Assembly (NCBI RefSeq): GCF_036626355.1
Contig: NZ_JAZKRY010000003.1
Span: 415 to 64,414 of the forward strand
Source: Halolamina sp.
GTDB taxonomy: Archaea > Halobacteriota > Halobacteria > Halobacteriales > Haloferacaceae
DNA: 64,000 bases
Direction of reading: 5' to 3'
In this document: piece by piece, positions 19,518 through 29,334 of the stretch
Position numbering within the stretch: position 1 is the first letter of the stretch
Layout of the letters: each line of letters starts with the position of its first letter
The notes under the pieces: model-generated
Seen by the model: the letters and a program-made list of their open reading frames with translations, nothing else
Database searches by the model: none
Told to the model about the DNA's origin: nothing
Position numbers and translations under genes: made by a program

Positions 19518-20814
19518 CTGCTACCTCCGTGGACCGCTCGGTAGCGTCGGGGTCCGCGGGCGGGAGCGCACGCAGCGAGCGCGGCGGGACGAGGAAGTTC
19601 CCCCGCCGGCTCACGTTCATATACTGGAGAATCCCGTTGTTGGTACGTTGGCCGACCGCGGAGTCCGCCGCGACGGCCTCGCCGTTCATCGCCTCCCGGG
19701 TTCGGACGAAATCATCGACCGCTCGCTGGAGCGAGAGGAAATGCACGCCGGCCCGTCCGCCGTCGGTGGAGTCGAAATCCCGGCGCAAGATGATCGGCGC
19801 GTCGTCCTCGCGGATGTCGACCATCTTCTGGCCGTGGCCGACGACGCCGCTGGTGCGTGCAGTTTCTGTCGGGTCGCCGCAGTCGTTCATTTGTGCGTTG
19901 TCACCGAGGTTCTTCCCGCTCCCCTCGACGACATCGTTGGCTGCGTGATGGGGACAGAACATCTTGGAGACGCGCTGGTCGCGGCTGTCCTGCTCGTACC
20001 ACTGCTGGAGGTTCAGTTCGATTTTCGAGAGATGCTGGGTGGTGGCCCCCGAGAACGGCCCTGACTCGACGGTCACGCGGTTCTCAGTCGGCTGGTTCCC
20101 GTCGAACGCGGACTCGAACCCCATGTAGAGCGGGGCGTCCTCGGACACCGGTCCGCTGTCTGGGACGCCGTCCACGTCCTGATTCTCGGCGGGGAGCCCC
20201 TCGCCCACGAACCCCGTCCGCCGCTCCCGCACGGAGAACACATCGGTGAGGGCGGGTTCGGGCTGCTCAACGTCGTTGAGCGTGGAGACCTCTCCTTTCA
20301 GCGCTTCTTCGGCGCCAAGCACGACTTCGGCGTGGTCGCTCGCGAGATGGACCAGTGCGTCGATATCGTCGGGGTCAGGGTCCTCGAAGGAGGCCAGCGC
20401 CTCGGGCTCGGGCAGGTCGACACTCTCCGGGAGCGGTTCGTCGAACCGGTCGAAGTAGTACGGCGAGTAGCTGATCGTCGTCAGCAGCCCGTCGCTGGAC
20501 CGCTCGTAGGCGCGCTCGACTCCCTGGAGCGCGACCTCGACGGTCTCGCGCTCGCTGTCCGTTGGTGTCCCGTCACCGTAGTCGAGCGCGAGCAACACCC
20601 GGTGGCGCGGGTGGTGGTTGTTGCCCGCGTCATCGGAGGGGAGGAACTCGTTCCAGGCGTGCTGGCGCTCGGGGTATGTCGTGCCTGGCTCGTCCGGCCC
20701 GCGGGGCACGTCGACGCCACCGCGGTCTAGACAGGCCGAGAGCGCCGATGCGCCGCCGATGGCGACCGCCGCCTTCACGAACTCCCGTCGGTCGATTCCG
20801 GTTGCGTCGCTCAT
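19504..20814 (-). CDS. Tat lipoprotein, DyP-type peroxidase-like fold
   Basis: DRREFVK...LSAC; PLYMGF, HGQKM and IILRRDF...GVHFLSLQR, plus ILQYM...RGNFLVPP, resemble DyP/EfeB C-terminal motifs. Confidence 0.7.
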   Translation of the reverse strand: MSDATGIDRREFVKAAVAIGGASALSACLDRGGVDVPRGPDEPGTTYPERQHAWNEFLPSDDAGNNHHPRHRVLLALDYGDGTPTDSERETVEVALQGVERAYERSSDGLLTTISYSPYYFDRFDEPLPESVDLPEPEALASFEDPDPDDIDALVHLASDHAEVVLGAEEALKGEVSTLNDVEQPEPALTDVFSVRERRTGFVGEGLPAENQDVDGVPDSGPVSEDAPLYMGFESAFDGNQPTENRVTVESGPFSGATTQHLSKIELNLQQWYEQDSRDQRVSKMFCPHHAANDVVEGSGKNLGDNAQMNDCGDPTETARTSGVVGHGQKMVDIREDDAPIILRRDFDSTDGGRAGVHFLSLQRAVDDFVRTREAMNGEAVAADSAVGQRTNNGILQYMNVSRRGNFLVPPRSLRALPPADPDATERSTEVADVSA

Positions 20815-20892
20815 AGCTCCGGAAAGGGTCCGGACGGGAAAGTGGGTTCTGGTGGGATTGTCGAAAGCCAGCAGCCGGCGCCGTGCTCGCCC

Positions 20893-21402
20893 TTATGGTT
20901 CCAGCAGATCGTCGACCAGCCGGGTGAACCGGTCAACCAACCGCTCGGGTAGCGAGGGGCGGATCGTCCCCAGCAGCCGTAACGTCTCCTCCCGTTCGAC
21001 GAGCGAGAAGTGGACGCGGCCACGCTCGTCTTTCGACTGCTCGACCAGGTCAGCCTCGACCAGCCGGTCGGCGTGGTATGAGAGCGTGCTCCGGGCGATC
21101 CCGAGCTCGTCGGTGAGCGTGCCGGCGGTGGCCTCCTCGCGTTCGAGCAGGGCGAACAGGATGCCCCGAGCCGTCTCCCGGCGGGCGAGTGCGAGCGTTC
21201 GGCGCTCCCGGTCGTCGTAGCCCGGCGGAAAGTAGTGGGTACGGCCGTAGCGCTCGTCGGCGACGACGGCATCGCGCTTGCGCAGCCGCCGGAGATGGTA
21301 CTGCACCTGCCCCGGCGCGAGGTCGAGCTGTCTGCCGAGCGCACTGACGTGAACACCCGGATGCTCGTGCACGTGGGCCAGCAGTCGCTCGCGCGTCGTC
21401 AC
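20893..21402 (-). CDS. Double winged-helix (ArsR-like) transcriptional regulator
   Basis: HPGVHVSALGRQLDLAPGQVQYHL and LTDELGIARSTLSYHADRL; GTG start overlaps the upstream stop. Confidence 0.85.
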   Translation of the reverse strand: MTTRERLLAHVHEHPGVHVSALGRQLDLAPGQVQYHLRRLRKRDAVVADERYGRTHYFPPGYDDRERRTLALARRETARGILFALLEREEATAGTLTDELGIARSTLSYHADRLVEADLVEQSKDERGRVHFSLVEREETLRLLGTIRPSLPERLVDRFTRLVDDLLEP

Positions 21403-21809
21403 CGGTTTACCTCCTCTGGCCGTCGTTGGTTCTCAGTGTGCTGCCCGGCATCGCTCCCTCCATCAGCTCTGGCCGGCCGGTGGCCTCCGTTGTCGGCAGT
21501 CGAGCTACCGACGAGGTAGACGGCGGCGATGACCAGTGCGGACATCACGATGTCGAGGGCGTGTTCCAACTGGTGATGGAGCTCCGGGCTGACCATCTCG
21601 GCGTAGCCAGCTAGCCCGACTGCCGTCCGGGCGACGAGCGAGACGAGCGCCATCGCAACCAGCAGATAGGGGCGGGAGCGCCGGCGGACGAACGCGGCCA
21701 CTGCGAGCCCGGCGACGACGGCGGTCAGCGCCGCGCCGAGGGTCAGTAGCACCAGCGTCGCCGGTGACTGCCCGTGAACGCCCGCGGCAAGCGGGAGCGA
21801 GGGGCTCAT
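21399..21809 (-). CDS. Small 3-TM membrane protein coupled to the regulator (putative sensor)
   Basis: Three hydrophobic helices, RRRSRPYLLV, His-rich ELHHQLEHALD. Confidence 0.75.
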   Translation of the reverse strand: MSPSLPLAAGVHGQSPATLVLLTLGAALTAVVAGLAVAAFVRRRSRPYLLVAMALVSLVARTAVGLAGYAEMVSPELHHQLEHALDIVMSALVIAAVYLVGSSTADNGGHRPARADGGSDAGQHTENQRRPEEVNR

Positions 21810-21923
21810 GTAACCGTGATTCGGGCTCGAAGAACAAACGGCTTCTGGACTGTCGGGCCACCGGTAGCCACTGACATGCGCACCAATCCCTAAGTCGGGC
21901 CGGCCCAATCGAGTTTCCAACGA

Positions 21924-22499
21924 ATGTCAGAACACGAGATAACGATCACCGTCGACGGGGAGCGAGAAACCGTAACGGTCGAAGCCAGACGGCTTCTGGT
22001 CCACGCGCTCAGAGAACACGGCCACACCGCACCGAACGTCGGCTGTGAGTCGGGGAAATGCGGCGCCTGCACAGTCGAACTGGACGGGGATGTGGTCAAA
22101 TCTTGCTGTCTGCTGGCGGTCCAGGCTGACGGCAGAGAGGTCACCACCGTCTCCGGCGTCGAGGGGCCGCCCGAGGGGCTCGCGAGGACGACTGAGGCGA
22201 CCGAAACGGCGCCGAGCGAGCCTGATTTCGGCCCAATACAGGAGAGTTTCCACCAGGAGCACGGGCTCCAGTGTGGCTACTGCACGCCGGGGATGGTACT
22301 CACCGCCAGAGAGCTGCTCGAGGACGACCCCAACCCGAGTCGTGAGGAGATCCGTGCCGGGCTGAAAGGGAACCTCTGTCGCTGTACGGGCTATACGAAC
22401 ATCGTCGACGCCGTCGAGGACGCGGCACGGAAGCTGGAACCGCTCGAGACCGACGGCGGGTGCGCTCACGCACCGGCTGCCAACGGGGGTGAGGACTGA
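21924..22499 (+). CDS. coxS: Molybdo-hydroxylase 2Fe-2S subunit (CoxS/CutS family)
   Basis: GCESGKCGACTV, LQCGYCTPG, GNLCRCTGY. Confidence 0.92.
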   Translation: MSEHEITITVDGERETVTVEARRLLVHALREHGHTAPNVGCESGKCGACTVELDGDVVKSCCLLAVQADGREVTTVSGVEGPPEGLARTTEATETAPSEPDFGPIQESFHQEHGLQCGYCTPGMVLTARELLEDDPNPSREEIRAGLKGNLCRCTGYTNIVDAVEDAARKLEPLETDGGCAHAPAANGGED

Positions 22500-23419
22500 T
22501 GTTTCCGCCGGCGTTCGACTACCGGAAGCCCGCGGATCTGGACACCGCACTCGCTGCACTCGCCGCCGAGGACGCTGTCGCGCTCGCGGGTGGCCACGAT
22601 CTGGTTCCCACGCTGAAACAGCGCGAGGAGTCACCAGGAACCGTCGTCGACCTCGGCGCACTGGAACGCCTCCGTGGCGTGGCGCGTGAGCGCTCGGCGG
22701 CCGCCACCGGCGTGGCCGGGGCCCTCACCATCGGCGCACTCACCACCTACGCCGACCTGCTCGATGCTGAGCCGACCGGTGTCGACGGGTTGCTCGACGC
22801 AACCGCCGCCGTGGGAGACAAACAGATTCGCAACCGGGGGACTGTGGGCGGTAACCTCGCCGCCGCCCACCCCGCAAGTGATATCCCGGCGGCCGCGCTC
22901 GTCGCCGACGCGACGCTCCAGCTGGTCGGGCCGGGCGGGGAGCGAACCCTTCCCGTCGAGGAGTTCTACGACGTCGACGGTGAGACCGTCTGTCGCGGCG
23001 ACGAACTACTCACGGAGCTCACCCTCCACACGAAGCCGGATCGCGCCAGTGCGTATGTGCGGAAAACCCATCCTTCGTCGGGCTATGCAGCCATCGGCGT
23101 GGCGGCGCGGGTCGACCTCGACGGCTCAGTCGTCGAGGAGGCCCGCGTCGCGGTGAACGGGTTGACACCGCGCCCGACGCGGCTCACAGGCGTCGAGGAG
23201 GCGCTCATCGGCGTCTCAGCGGGGGAGGACTCGGAGCGCCCGAACGAGGCGGTCGCCGACGCCGCGGACCGCGCCGGTGCGGGAGTCGACCCCGACCGGG
23301 TGCGGGCCGACCATCTCGTCGCCGCCGAGCAGCGGCGTCGCCTGCTGCCGAGCTACACCGAACGAGCGGTTTCGCAGGCACTTGCGCGGGCTGCCGACCG
23401 GGCTGGGGTGAGCGCCTGA
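22499..23419 (+). CDS. coxM: Molybdo-hydroxylase FAD subunit (CoxM/CutM family)
   Basis: MFPPAFDY..P, LAGGHDL, QIRNRGTVGGNL...PASD. Confidence 0.9.
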   Translation: MFPPAFDYRKPADLDTALAALAAEDAVALAGGHDLVPTLKQREESPGTVVDLGALERLRGVARERSAAATGVAGALTIGALTTYADLLDAEPTGVDGLLDATAAVGDKQIRNRGTVGGNLAAAHPASDIPAAALVADATLQLVGPGGERTLPVEEFYDVDGETVCRGDELLTELTLHTKPDRASAYVRKTHPSSGYAAIGVAARVDLDGSVVEEARVAVNGLTPRPTRLTGVEEALIGVSAGEDSERPNEAVADAADRAGAGVDPDRVRADHLVAAEQRRRLLPSYTERAVSQALARAADRAGVSA

Positions 23420-25767
23420 TGTCCACCGAGGACCGCGACGTGCTGGACGCCGAGGGGTTCGAACCGGACGTCGACCCAGCGGAGGCGCCGGGCTCGGTCG
23501 GCCAGTCCCAGAAGCGCCGTGAGGACGCACCGCTGCTCCGGGGCGAGGCGACCTACACCGACGACTTCGGTGGCCCGGAGACGACGGCACTCGCGTTCGT
23601 CCGCTCCACGGTCGCCCACGGCCAGATCGAGGCGATCGAGACGACCGACGCGGCGGCGATCGACGGTGTCCTGGCGGTGTACACCTGGGACGACCTCGCT
23701 GCTGGCGACGCGCCGATGGTGCTGCCAGCCTCGACGGAGCCGCTGGACTGCGAGGTACCTGGTCACCCCGTGCTCGCACGCGAGAAAGTCCGATACGACG
23801 GCCAGCCCGTCGCCGCTGTGGTCGCCGAGGACCGGTATCTCGCGGCCGACGGCGTCGAGGCCGTGGCGGTGCGCTACGACGAACTGCAAGCGGTGACCGA
23901 ACCCGACGAAGCCGCGAGCGAGGATGCGCCGACGCTCTACGAGAACGTGCCGGACAACGTCGCCGTCACGGCGGAGTTGGGCGACAAAGCGGAGACCGAG
24001 GCGGCGTTCGAGGCGGCCGACGAGGTCGTCTCGGTCGAGTTGGAGAACAACCGGCTGGTCCCGAGCGCGCTCGAACCGCGGGCGGCGCTGGCCCGCTACG
24101 GCCACGAGGAGGGGCTGACCGTGACGCTGTCGAGCCAGTCGCCCCATGGCCACCGCCGGAAGCTCTCGTACACGCTCGGCCTGCCCGAGCGGGATATCCG
24201 CGTCATCTCGCCGGAGGTCGGCGGCGGCTTCGGCCACAAAGGCCACCACCATCCTGGCGAGGCGATGGCAGCCTGGGCCGCCCGCGACCTGGGCCGGGAG
24301 GTGAAGTGGACCGCCACCCGATCGGCGAACTATCGGGAGGGTGCCCACGGCCGCGACCACCGGACTGAGGCGGAGTTGGCACTCACCGACGACGGCGAGT
24401 TCCTCGGCATCCGGGTCGAGACGTACGCGGGCGCGGGCGGCTATGCGCTCGGCGGCGGCGCCGCGATGCCGGGCTGGTACGGTCGGCTGCTGTCGAGCCA
24501 GTACACCGTCGACGCCATCCACTGCGAGACGAACGCCGTGTTCACGACGACGGCGCCGGTACACTCCTACCGCGGCGCCGGCCGGCCGGAGGCCATCTAC
24601 GTCACGGAGCGACTGGTCGACGTGGCCGCAGAGGAACTGGGGCGTGACCCCGTGGCGCTCCGTCGACGGAATTTGATCGGAAGAGATGCCGAGGATCCAA
24701 TCGAGCCGTTCCCCTACGAGACGCCGGTTGGGGCGACCTACGACAGCGGCGACTACGAACCGGTGCTCGATGCGGTTGCCGAGGCGGTGGCTGAGGAACC
24801 CCGCGGCGGCGAACGCGACGAGGACGGCCGGCTCCGGGGTGTCGGCGTCGCCGCCTACGTCGAGAGCACCGGCGGCGGCTTCGAGAGCGGCGTCGTACGG
24901 GTCCATCCGGACGGCAGCGTCACCGTCACCGCCGGGACACACGACCATGGCCAGGGCCACGAGACGACCTACGCGGCGATCGTGGCCGACGAACTCCCCG
25001 TCAATATCGACGATATCCGCGTGGTCGAAGGTGACACCGCCAAGATTCCGACCGGGACTGGGACGTTCGGCTCCCGGAGCACCATCGTCGGCGGCAACGC
25101 CGTCGCCGAGAGCGCACAGGCGGTTCGGGAGAAAGCCCGCCGGATCGCGGGGACGAAACTCGACGCCGACCCGGAGAACGTGGCAGCCGCCGACGCCGGC
25201 TTCGTTTCCGGCGGCGAGCACTGTTCGTTCGCGGCGGTCGCGAGCGCGGCCTACGGACGTGGGCTCCCAGAGGGGCTCGAACCGGGCCTGGAGGCGACGA
25301 CGTTCTACGAACTGGAGGCGACCGCCTACACCTTCGGCGCCCACGCGGTCGCAGTGGCGGTCGACCCCGAGACGGGCGAACTCGCGTTCGAGCGCTACGT
25401 CGCAGTCGACGACTGCGGGGTCCAGATCAACCCGGAACTCGTGGCGGGGCAGGTCCACGGCGGCGTCGCCCAGGGTATCGGCCAGGCTCGCTCGGAACAC
25501 GCGACATACGACGATGATGGTCGACTCGACGCGGCCACGATGCTCGACTACGGGCTGCCCCGAGCGGGGGACCTGCCGGATATCGAGACGCTGGCGACCG
25601 AAACACCCAGCCCGACGAACGCGCTGGGCGTGAAAGGAATCGGCGAGGCCGGGACGGTCGTTGCACCGCCGGCTGTGGTGAACGCCGTCGCCGACGCGCT
25701 CCCGGACGTCGCCCATCTGGACATGCCGTTGACTGACGAGGCGGTGGCTGCGGCGCTGGCGAAGTAG
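23419..25767 (+). CDS. coxL: Xanthine dehydrogenase/CO dehydrogenase family molybdopterin large subunit (form II-like)
   Basis: RREDAPLLRG, VGGGFGHK, active-site loop SYRGAGRPE, GQGHETT, GTFGSRS, GQVHGG, KGIGEAG. Confidence 0.88.
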   Translation: MSTEDRDVLDAEGFEPDVDPAEAPGSVGQSQKRREDAPLLRGEATYTDDFGGPETTALAFVRSTVAHGQIEAIETTDAAAIDGVLAVYTWDDLAAGDAPMVLPASTEPLDCEVPGHPVLAREKVRYDGQPVAAVVAEDRYLAADGVEAVAVRYDELQAVTEPDEAASEDAPTLYENVPDNVAVTAELGDKAETEAAFEAADEVVSVELENNRLVPSALEPRAALARYGHEEGLTVTLSSQSPHGHRRKLSYTLGLPERDIRVISPEVGGGFGHKGHHHPGEAMAAWAARDLGREVKWTATRSANYREGAHGRDHRTEAELALTDDGEFLGIRVETYAGAGGYALGGGAAMPGWYGRLLSSQYTVDAIHCETNAVFTTTAPVHSYRGAGRPEAIYVTERLVDVAAEELGRDPVALRRRNLIGRDAEDPIEPFPYETPVGATYDSGDYEPVLDAVAEAVAEEPRGGERDEDGRLRGVGVAAYVESTGGGFESGVVRVHPDGSVTVTAGTHDHGQGHETTYAAIVADELPVNIDDIRVVEGDTAKIPTGTGTFGSRSTIVGGNAVAESAQAVREKARRIAGTKLDADPENVAAADAGFVSGGEHCSFAAVASAAYGRGLPEGLEPGLEATTFYELEATAYTFGAHAVAVAVDPETGELAFERYVAVDDCGVQINPELVAGQVHGGVAQGIGQARSEHATYDDDGRLDAATMLDYGLPRAGDLPDIETLATETPSPTNALGVKGIGEAGTVVAPPAVVNAVADALPDVAHLDMPLTDEAVAAALAK

Positions 25768-25808
25768 CCGGGCGTCCCCAGTGAAACATCGGATTGCGGT
25801 GACGGTGG

Positions 25809-27128
25809 TCAGTCGCCGGTTGCGTCGGCGACTTCCGCGTCGATAATCTCGCTTTCTCCGATACCGGCGTGGAGGTGGCAGGTCGCACGGCGGTTCCCCT
25901 CCAACTCGACGGTTTCGGGCGCATCGGTCTCACAGACCGTCTCGAACTCCTCTCGGAGCAGCGCCACAGCACGGTCGTGCTCGCCGTCGAAGACGTAGTC
26001 GAGGCTTTTGACGAACGTCTCTTCGGCGTCTGCGTCTGACAGTTCCTCGGGGATGCCGAACTCTTCTCTGATGGCCTCCCGAATCGCGTCCTCGGAGACC
26101 GCCGACTCCTCGATATCCGTCTCGTTCGCGACGAACTCGCGGACGCTCTCCGGGTCCACACCCTCGCGCTGAAGCCGCAGACGGTAGTCCATCACGCTGC
26201 GCCAGGCCGACTGCTCGAAGTTGTACCCCTCGGGCTGGATGACCGAGGGACAGCGCGTGTGGAACCGACAGCCGTCCGGCGGGTCCTGCGGGCTCGGTAC
26301 GTCGCCGGTGAGCTGGGTGCCCGTCCCGCGCTTTCGCGGGTCGGAGTTCGGGATGGCGGCGATGAGCGCCTGCGTGTAGGGGTGCTGTGGATCCTCGAAC
26401 AGCTGTTCGGTCGGTGCCATCTCGACGATTTCGCCAAGATACATCACCGCGACCCGATCACAGACCTCGCGAATCACCCCCATGTCGTGGCTGATGAACA
26501 GCAGGGAGAGCCCGAACTCGGATTTGATGTCGTTGATGAGTTCGATCACCTTCGCCTGGATGCTCACGTCGAGCGCGCTGACGGGTTCGTCAGCGACGAT
26601 GAACTCCGGGTTGACCACGAGCGCGCGAGCCAGCGCGATGCGCTGTTTCTGGCCGCCCGAGAACTCGTGGGGGTAGCGGTCGATGTCCGAGCGCTCCATC
26701 CCAACCCGGTCGAGCAGGTTCATCGCGACGGCACGGCGCTTTTCGCGGTCCGAGACCCCGTGTATTCGCAACGGTTCGGCGATGGACTCGCCGACCGACA
26801 TCCGTGGGTCGAACGTCGACTCGGGGTCCTGGAACACCATCTGGGCGTTCCGGCGGAACGCTTTCCGCTCGGCGTCGGTCTGGTCGAGCAGTGATTCGCC
26901 GTTGAACCGCACGTCGCCGCCGGTCGGCTCCTCCAGTTGCAGGATGGAGGTTGCAGCCGTGGATTTCCCACAACCGGACTCCCCGACCAGTCCGACCGTC
27001 TCGCCCGGCTCGATCTGGAAGCTGATGCCGTCGACGGCCCGGACCATCCCAATCTGGCGCCTGAGGACGCCCTGGGTGATGGGGTAATGTTTCTCCAGGT
27101 TGTCAACTTCGAGCACCGGGCCGCTCAT
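25809..27128 (-). CDS. oppF: Oligopeptide ABC ATP-binding protein (OppF type)
   Basis: GESGCGKS, FSGGQKQR, ADEPVSALD, HPYTQAL; start MSGPVLEV in an ATGA overlap. Confidence 0.93.
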   Translation of the reverse strand: MSGPVLEVDNLEKHYPITQGVLRRQIGMVRAVDGISFQIEPGETVGLVGESGCGKSTAATSILQLEEPTGGDVRFNGESLLDQTDAERKAFRRNAQMVFQDPESTFDPRMSVGESIAEPLRIHGVSDREKRRAVAMNLLDRVGMERSDIDRYPHEFSGGQKQRIALARALVVNPEFIVADEPVSALDVSIQAKVIELINDIKSEFGLSLLFISHDMGVIREVCDRVAVMYLGEIVEMAPTEQLFEDPQHPYTQALIAAIPNSDPRKRGTGTQLTGDVPSPQDPPDGCRFHTRCPSVIQPEGYNFEQSAWRSVMDYRLRLQREGVDPESVREFVANETDIEESAVSEDAIREAIREEFGIPEELSDADAEETFVKSLDYVFDGEHDRAVALLREEFETVCETDAPETVELEGNRRATCHLHAGIGESEIIDAEVADATGD

Positions 27129-28165
27129 TGCTCCACCCCGCCGTCGGTCGCGACGGTGCCTGTCTCTCCGTCCTCGTGGATGACAGCGGGATCGAACCCG
27201 TCGCCGTAGTGGACACACGACACCGCCTGGTCGGCCGACTGGCGTTCGTACATCGGTGGCTGCTCGCCGGTCCGGCACTCCTCGACGGCGTGGGAACAGC
27301 GTGGATTGAACCGACAGCCGTCGGGTGGGTTCATCGCGCTCGGCAGCGAGCCCTCGATGACGGTTCGATCGCCAGCCTGTCCTGGTCGGCAGTTGAGGAG
27401 CGCCCGCGTGTAGGGATGGCCCGGATCCTCGAACAGATCGAACACGTCGCCCCGCTCCATCACTTTCCCCGCGTACATCACGACGACGCGGTCGGCGATC
27501 TCGGCGACGACGCCGAGGTCGTGGGTGACGAAGATGACGCTCATGTCGAACTCCTCCTGGAGGTCCCGCAGCAGGTCCAGGATCTGGGCCTGGATCGAGA
27601 CGTCCAGCGCCGTCGTCGGCTCGTCCGCGATGAGCAGGTCCGGGTCGGCCGCGAGCGCCATGGCGATGACGGCGCGCTGTTTCATGCCGCCCGAGAACTC
27701 GTGGGGGTACTCGTCGACGCGTTTGGTGGCATCGGGGATACCAACCCGGTCGAGCAGGTCTATTGCCCGATTGCGTCCCTCCTTCTTGCTCACGTCGCGG
27801 TGGAGATGGAGCGTCTCGGCGATCTGATGGCCGATCGTGTAGACCGGGTTGAGCGCTCCCTGTGGGTTCTGGAACACGTGCGCGATGCGTTCGCCCCGGA
27901 GGTCGAGTAGCTCCTTGGTCGGCATATCGGTCAGCTCCATCCCGTCGAACTCGATGGAGCCCCCGGCGATCTTCCCCGGCGGCTGGGGGATGAGCCGGGT
28001 GATCGACTCGGCGGTGACGGATTTCCCCGAGCCGGACTCGCCGACGATACAGACCGTCTCCCCGCGGTGGACGTCGAAGCTGATACCATCGACGGCTTTC
28101 ACGACGCCGGTGTCGGTGTTGAACTGTACCTTCAGGTCGTCGACTGAGAGTAGTGGGTCACTCAT
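27125..28165 (-). CDS. oppD: Oligopeptide ABC ATP-binding protein (OppD type)
   Basis: GESGSGKS, FSGGMKQR, ADEPTTALD, HPYTRAL. Confidence 0.94.
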   Translation of the reverse strand: MSDPLLSVDDLKVQFNTDTGVVKAVDGISFDVHRGETVCIVGESGSGKSVTAESITRLIPQPPGKIAGGSIEFDGMELTDMPTKELLDLRGERIAHVFQNPQGALNPVYTIGHQIAETLHLHRDVSKKEGRNRAIDLLDRVGIPDATKRVDEYPHEFSGGMKQRAVIAMALAADPDLLIADEPTTALDVSIQAQILDLLRDLQEEFDMSVIFVTHDLGVVAEIADRVVVMYAGKVMERGDVFDLFEDPGHPYTRALLNCRPGQAGDRTVIEGSLPSAMNPPDGCRFNPRCSHAVEECRTGEQPPMYERQSADQAVSCVHYGDGFDPAVIHEDGETGTVATDGGVEQ

Positions 28166-29334
28166 TCGCCGGTCTCACCCCGCGGGTCGACTGCGTCGGT
28201 TAGTGCGTCCCCAACAGAGTTGACACAGAGGACGAAGAAAAACAGGAAGAAGCCCGGAATCGTGGTGATCCAGGGAGCCGTGGCGAGCGAGCCGCGCCCG
28301 CCTGCGATGGTGGTCCCCCACGAGAAGATACCGGGCTCGCTGAAGCCGAGGAACGCAAGCGCCGCCTCGCCGAGCACGAACGTCGGCAGGATCAGCGTCG
28401 CCACGGTGACGACGGTACTGGAGACGTTCGGGATGATGTGGCGGCCGATGATCCACGACCGGCTCGCGCCAGCGGCCTCGGCAGCCTGGACGTACGCCTC
28501 CTCCGTGCGCTGGAGCGCCTCCGCCCGCACGAGGCGAGCGGTGCCCTCCCAGCTGAAGAGGCCGAACAGCAGGATGATGTAGTAGAGCTCCGCCCCGAAC
28601 AGGTAGACGAGGTAGAGCAGGAAGATGAACACCGGGAACACCGACTGAACGTCGACGTACCGGAAGAGGATCTCGTCGACGATGCCGCCGACGAACGCGC
28701 CGGTGGCGCCGACGACGGCGCCGATGCCCGTCGCCACGAGCGTCGAGATGAGCGCGATCTGGAGGCTCACCCGTGCGCCATAGACGAGCAGTTTGAGCAT
28801 CCCCTGGCCCTGGTGGTTCGTCCCCAGCGGGTACTCCCACGTCCCAGTGACGGGGGTTCCCTCGGGGCGGGCGGTGATGCCGACCGGCGGCATGAACGAA
28901 TCCGTGAGGCTCAGCGTCGGCGGGTCGAGCAGGATCGGGCCAAGTAGCCCCATGAGACTGATGCCCAGCACGATCCAGCTCGAGTAGACTGCGAGCCGGT
29001 TCTTCCGGAACTGCCGCCAGTAGTAGCCCGTCAGCCGCGGGTTCTGGTAGAGGGGGACGATGGCGTTGAACAGCAGGAACGCCAGCGTGATCATGAACAT
29101 CCAGTCCACACTGGTGACGTCCCACCCCGTGAGCACCGGTGAGCCCATGTGGACGAACATCGAGGTGTTCTCCGGGACGACGAGATAATCGTAGAGGTAA
29201 GCGATACTGAGGATGCCGAGCGTCAGGAACTGCCCGAGACTGTCAAGGGTCACCTCGACGCCCGACCCCTGCTCCTCCTCGTCGAAATCAATGTCGCGGA
29301 ACGTGAGGTCCGCATACTCGTTTTCACTGGACAT
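28162..29334 (-). CDS. oppC: Oligopeptide ABC permease (OppC type)
   Basis: YPLGTNHQG, ARLVRAE...YVQAAEAAGA...HIIPN. Confidence 0.93.
   Translation of the reverse strand: MSSENEYADLTFRDIDFDEEEQGSGVEVTLDSLGQFLTLGILSIAYLYDYLVVPENTSMFVHMGSPVLTGWDVTSVDWMFMITLAFLLFNAIVPLYQNPRLTGYYWRQFRKNRLAVYSSWIVLGISLMGLLGPILLDPPTLSLTDSFMPPVGITARPEGTPVTGTWEYPLGTNHQGQGMLKLLVYGARVSLQIALISTLVATGIGAVVGATGAFVGGIVDEILFRYVDVQSVFPVFIFLLYLVYLFGAELYYIILLFGLFSWEGTARLVRAEALQRTEEAYVQAAEAAGASRSWIIGRHIIPNVSSTVVTVATLILPTFVLGEAALAFLGFSEPGIFSWGTTIAGGRGSLATAPWITTIPGFFLFFFVLCVNSVGDALTDAVDPRGETGE

Noticed and set aside
23419-25767. Bona fide aerobic (form I) CO dehydrogenase
   Set aside because: It lacks the AYRCSFR Cys motif and the cox accessory genes.
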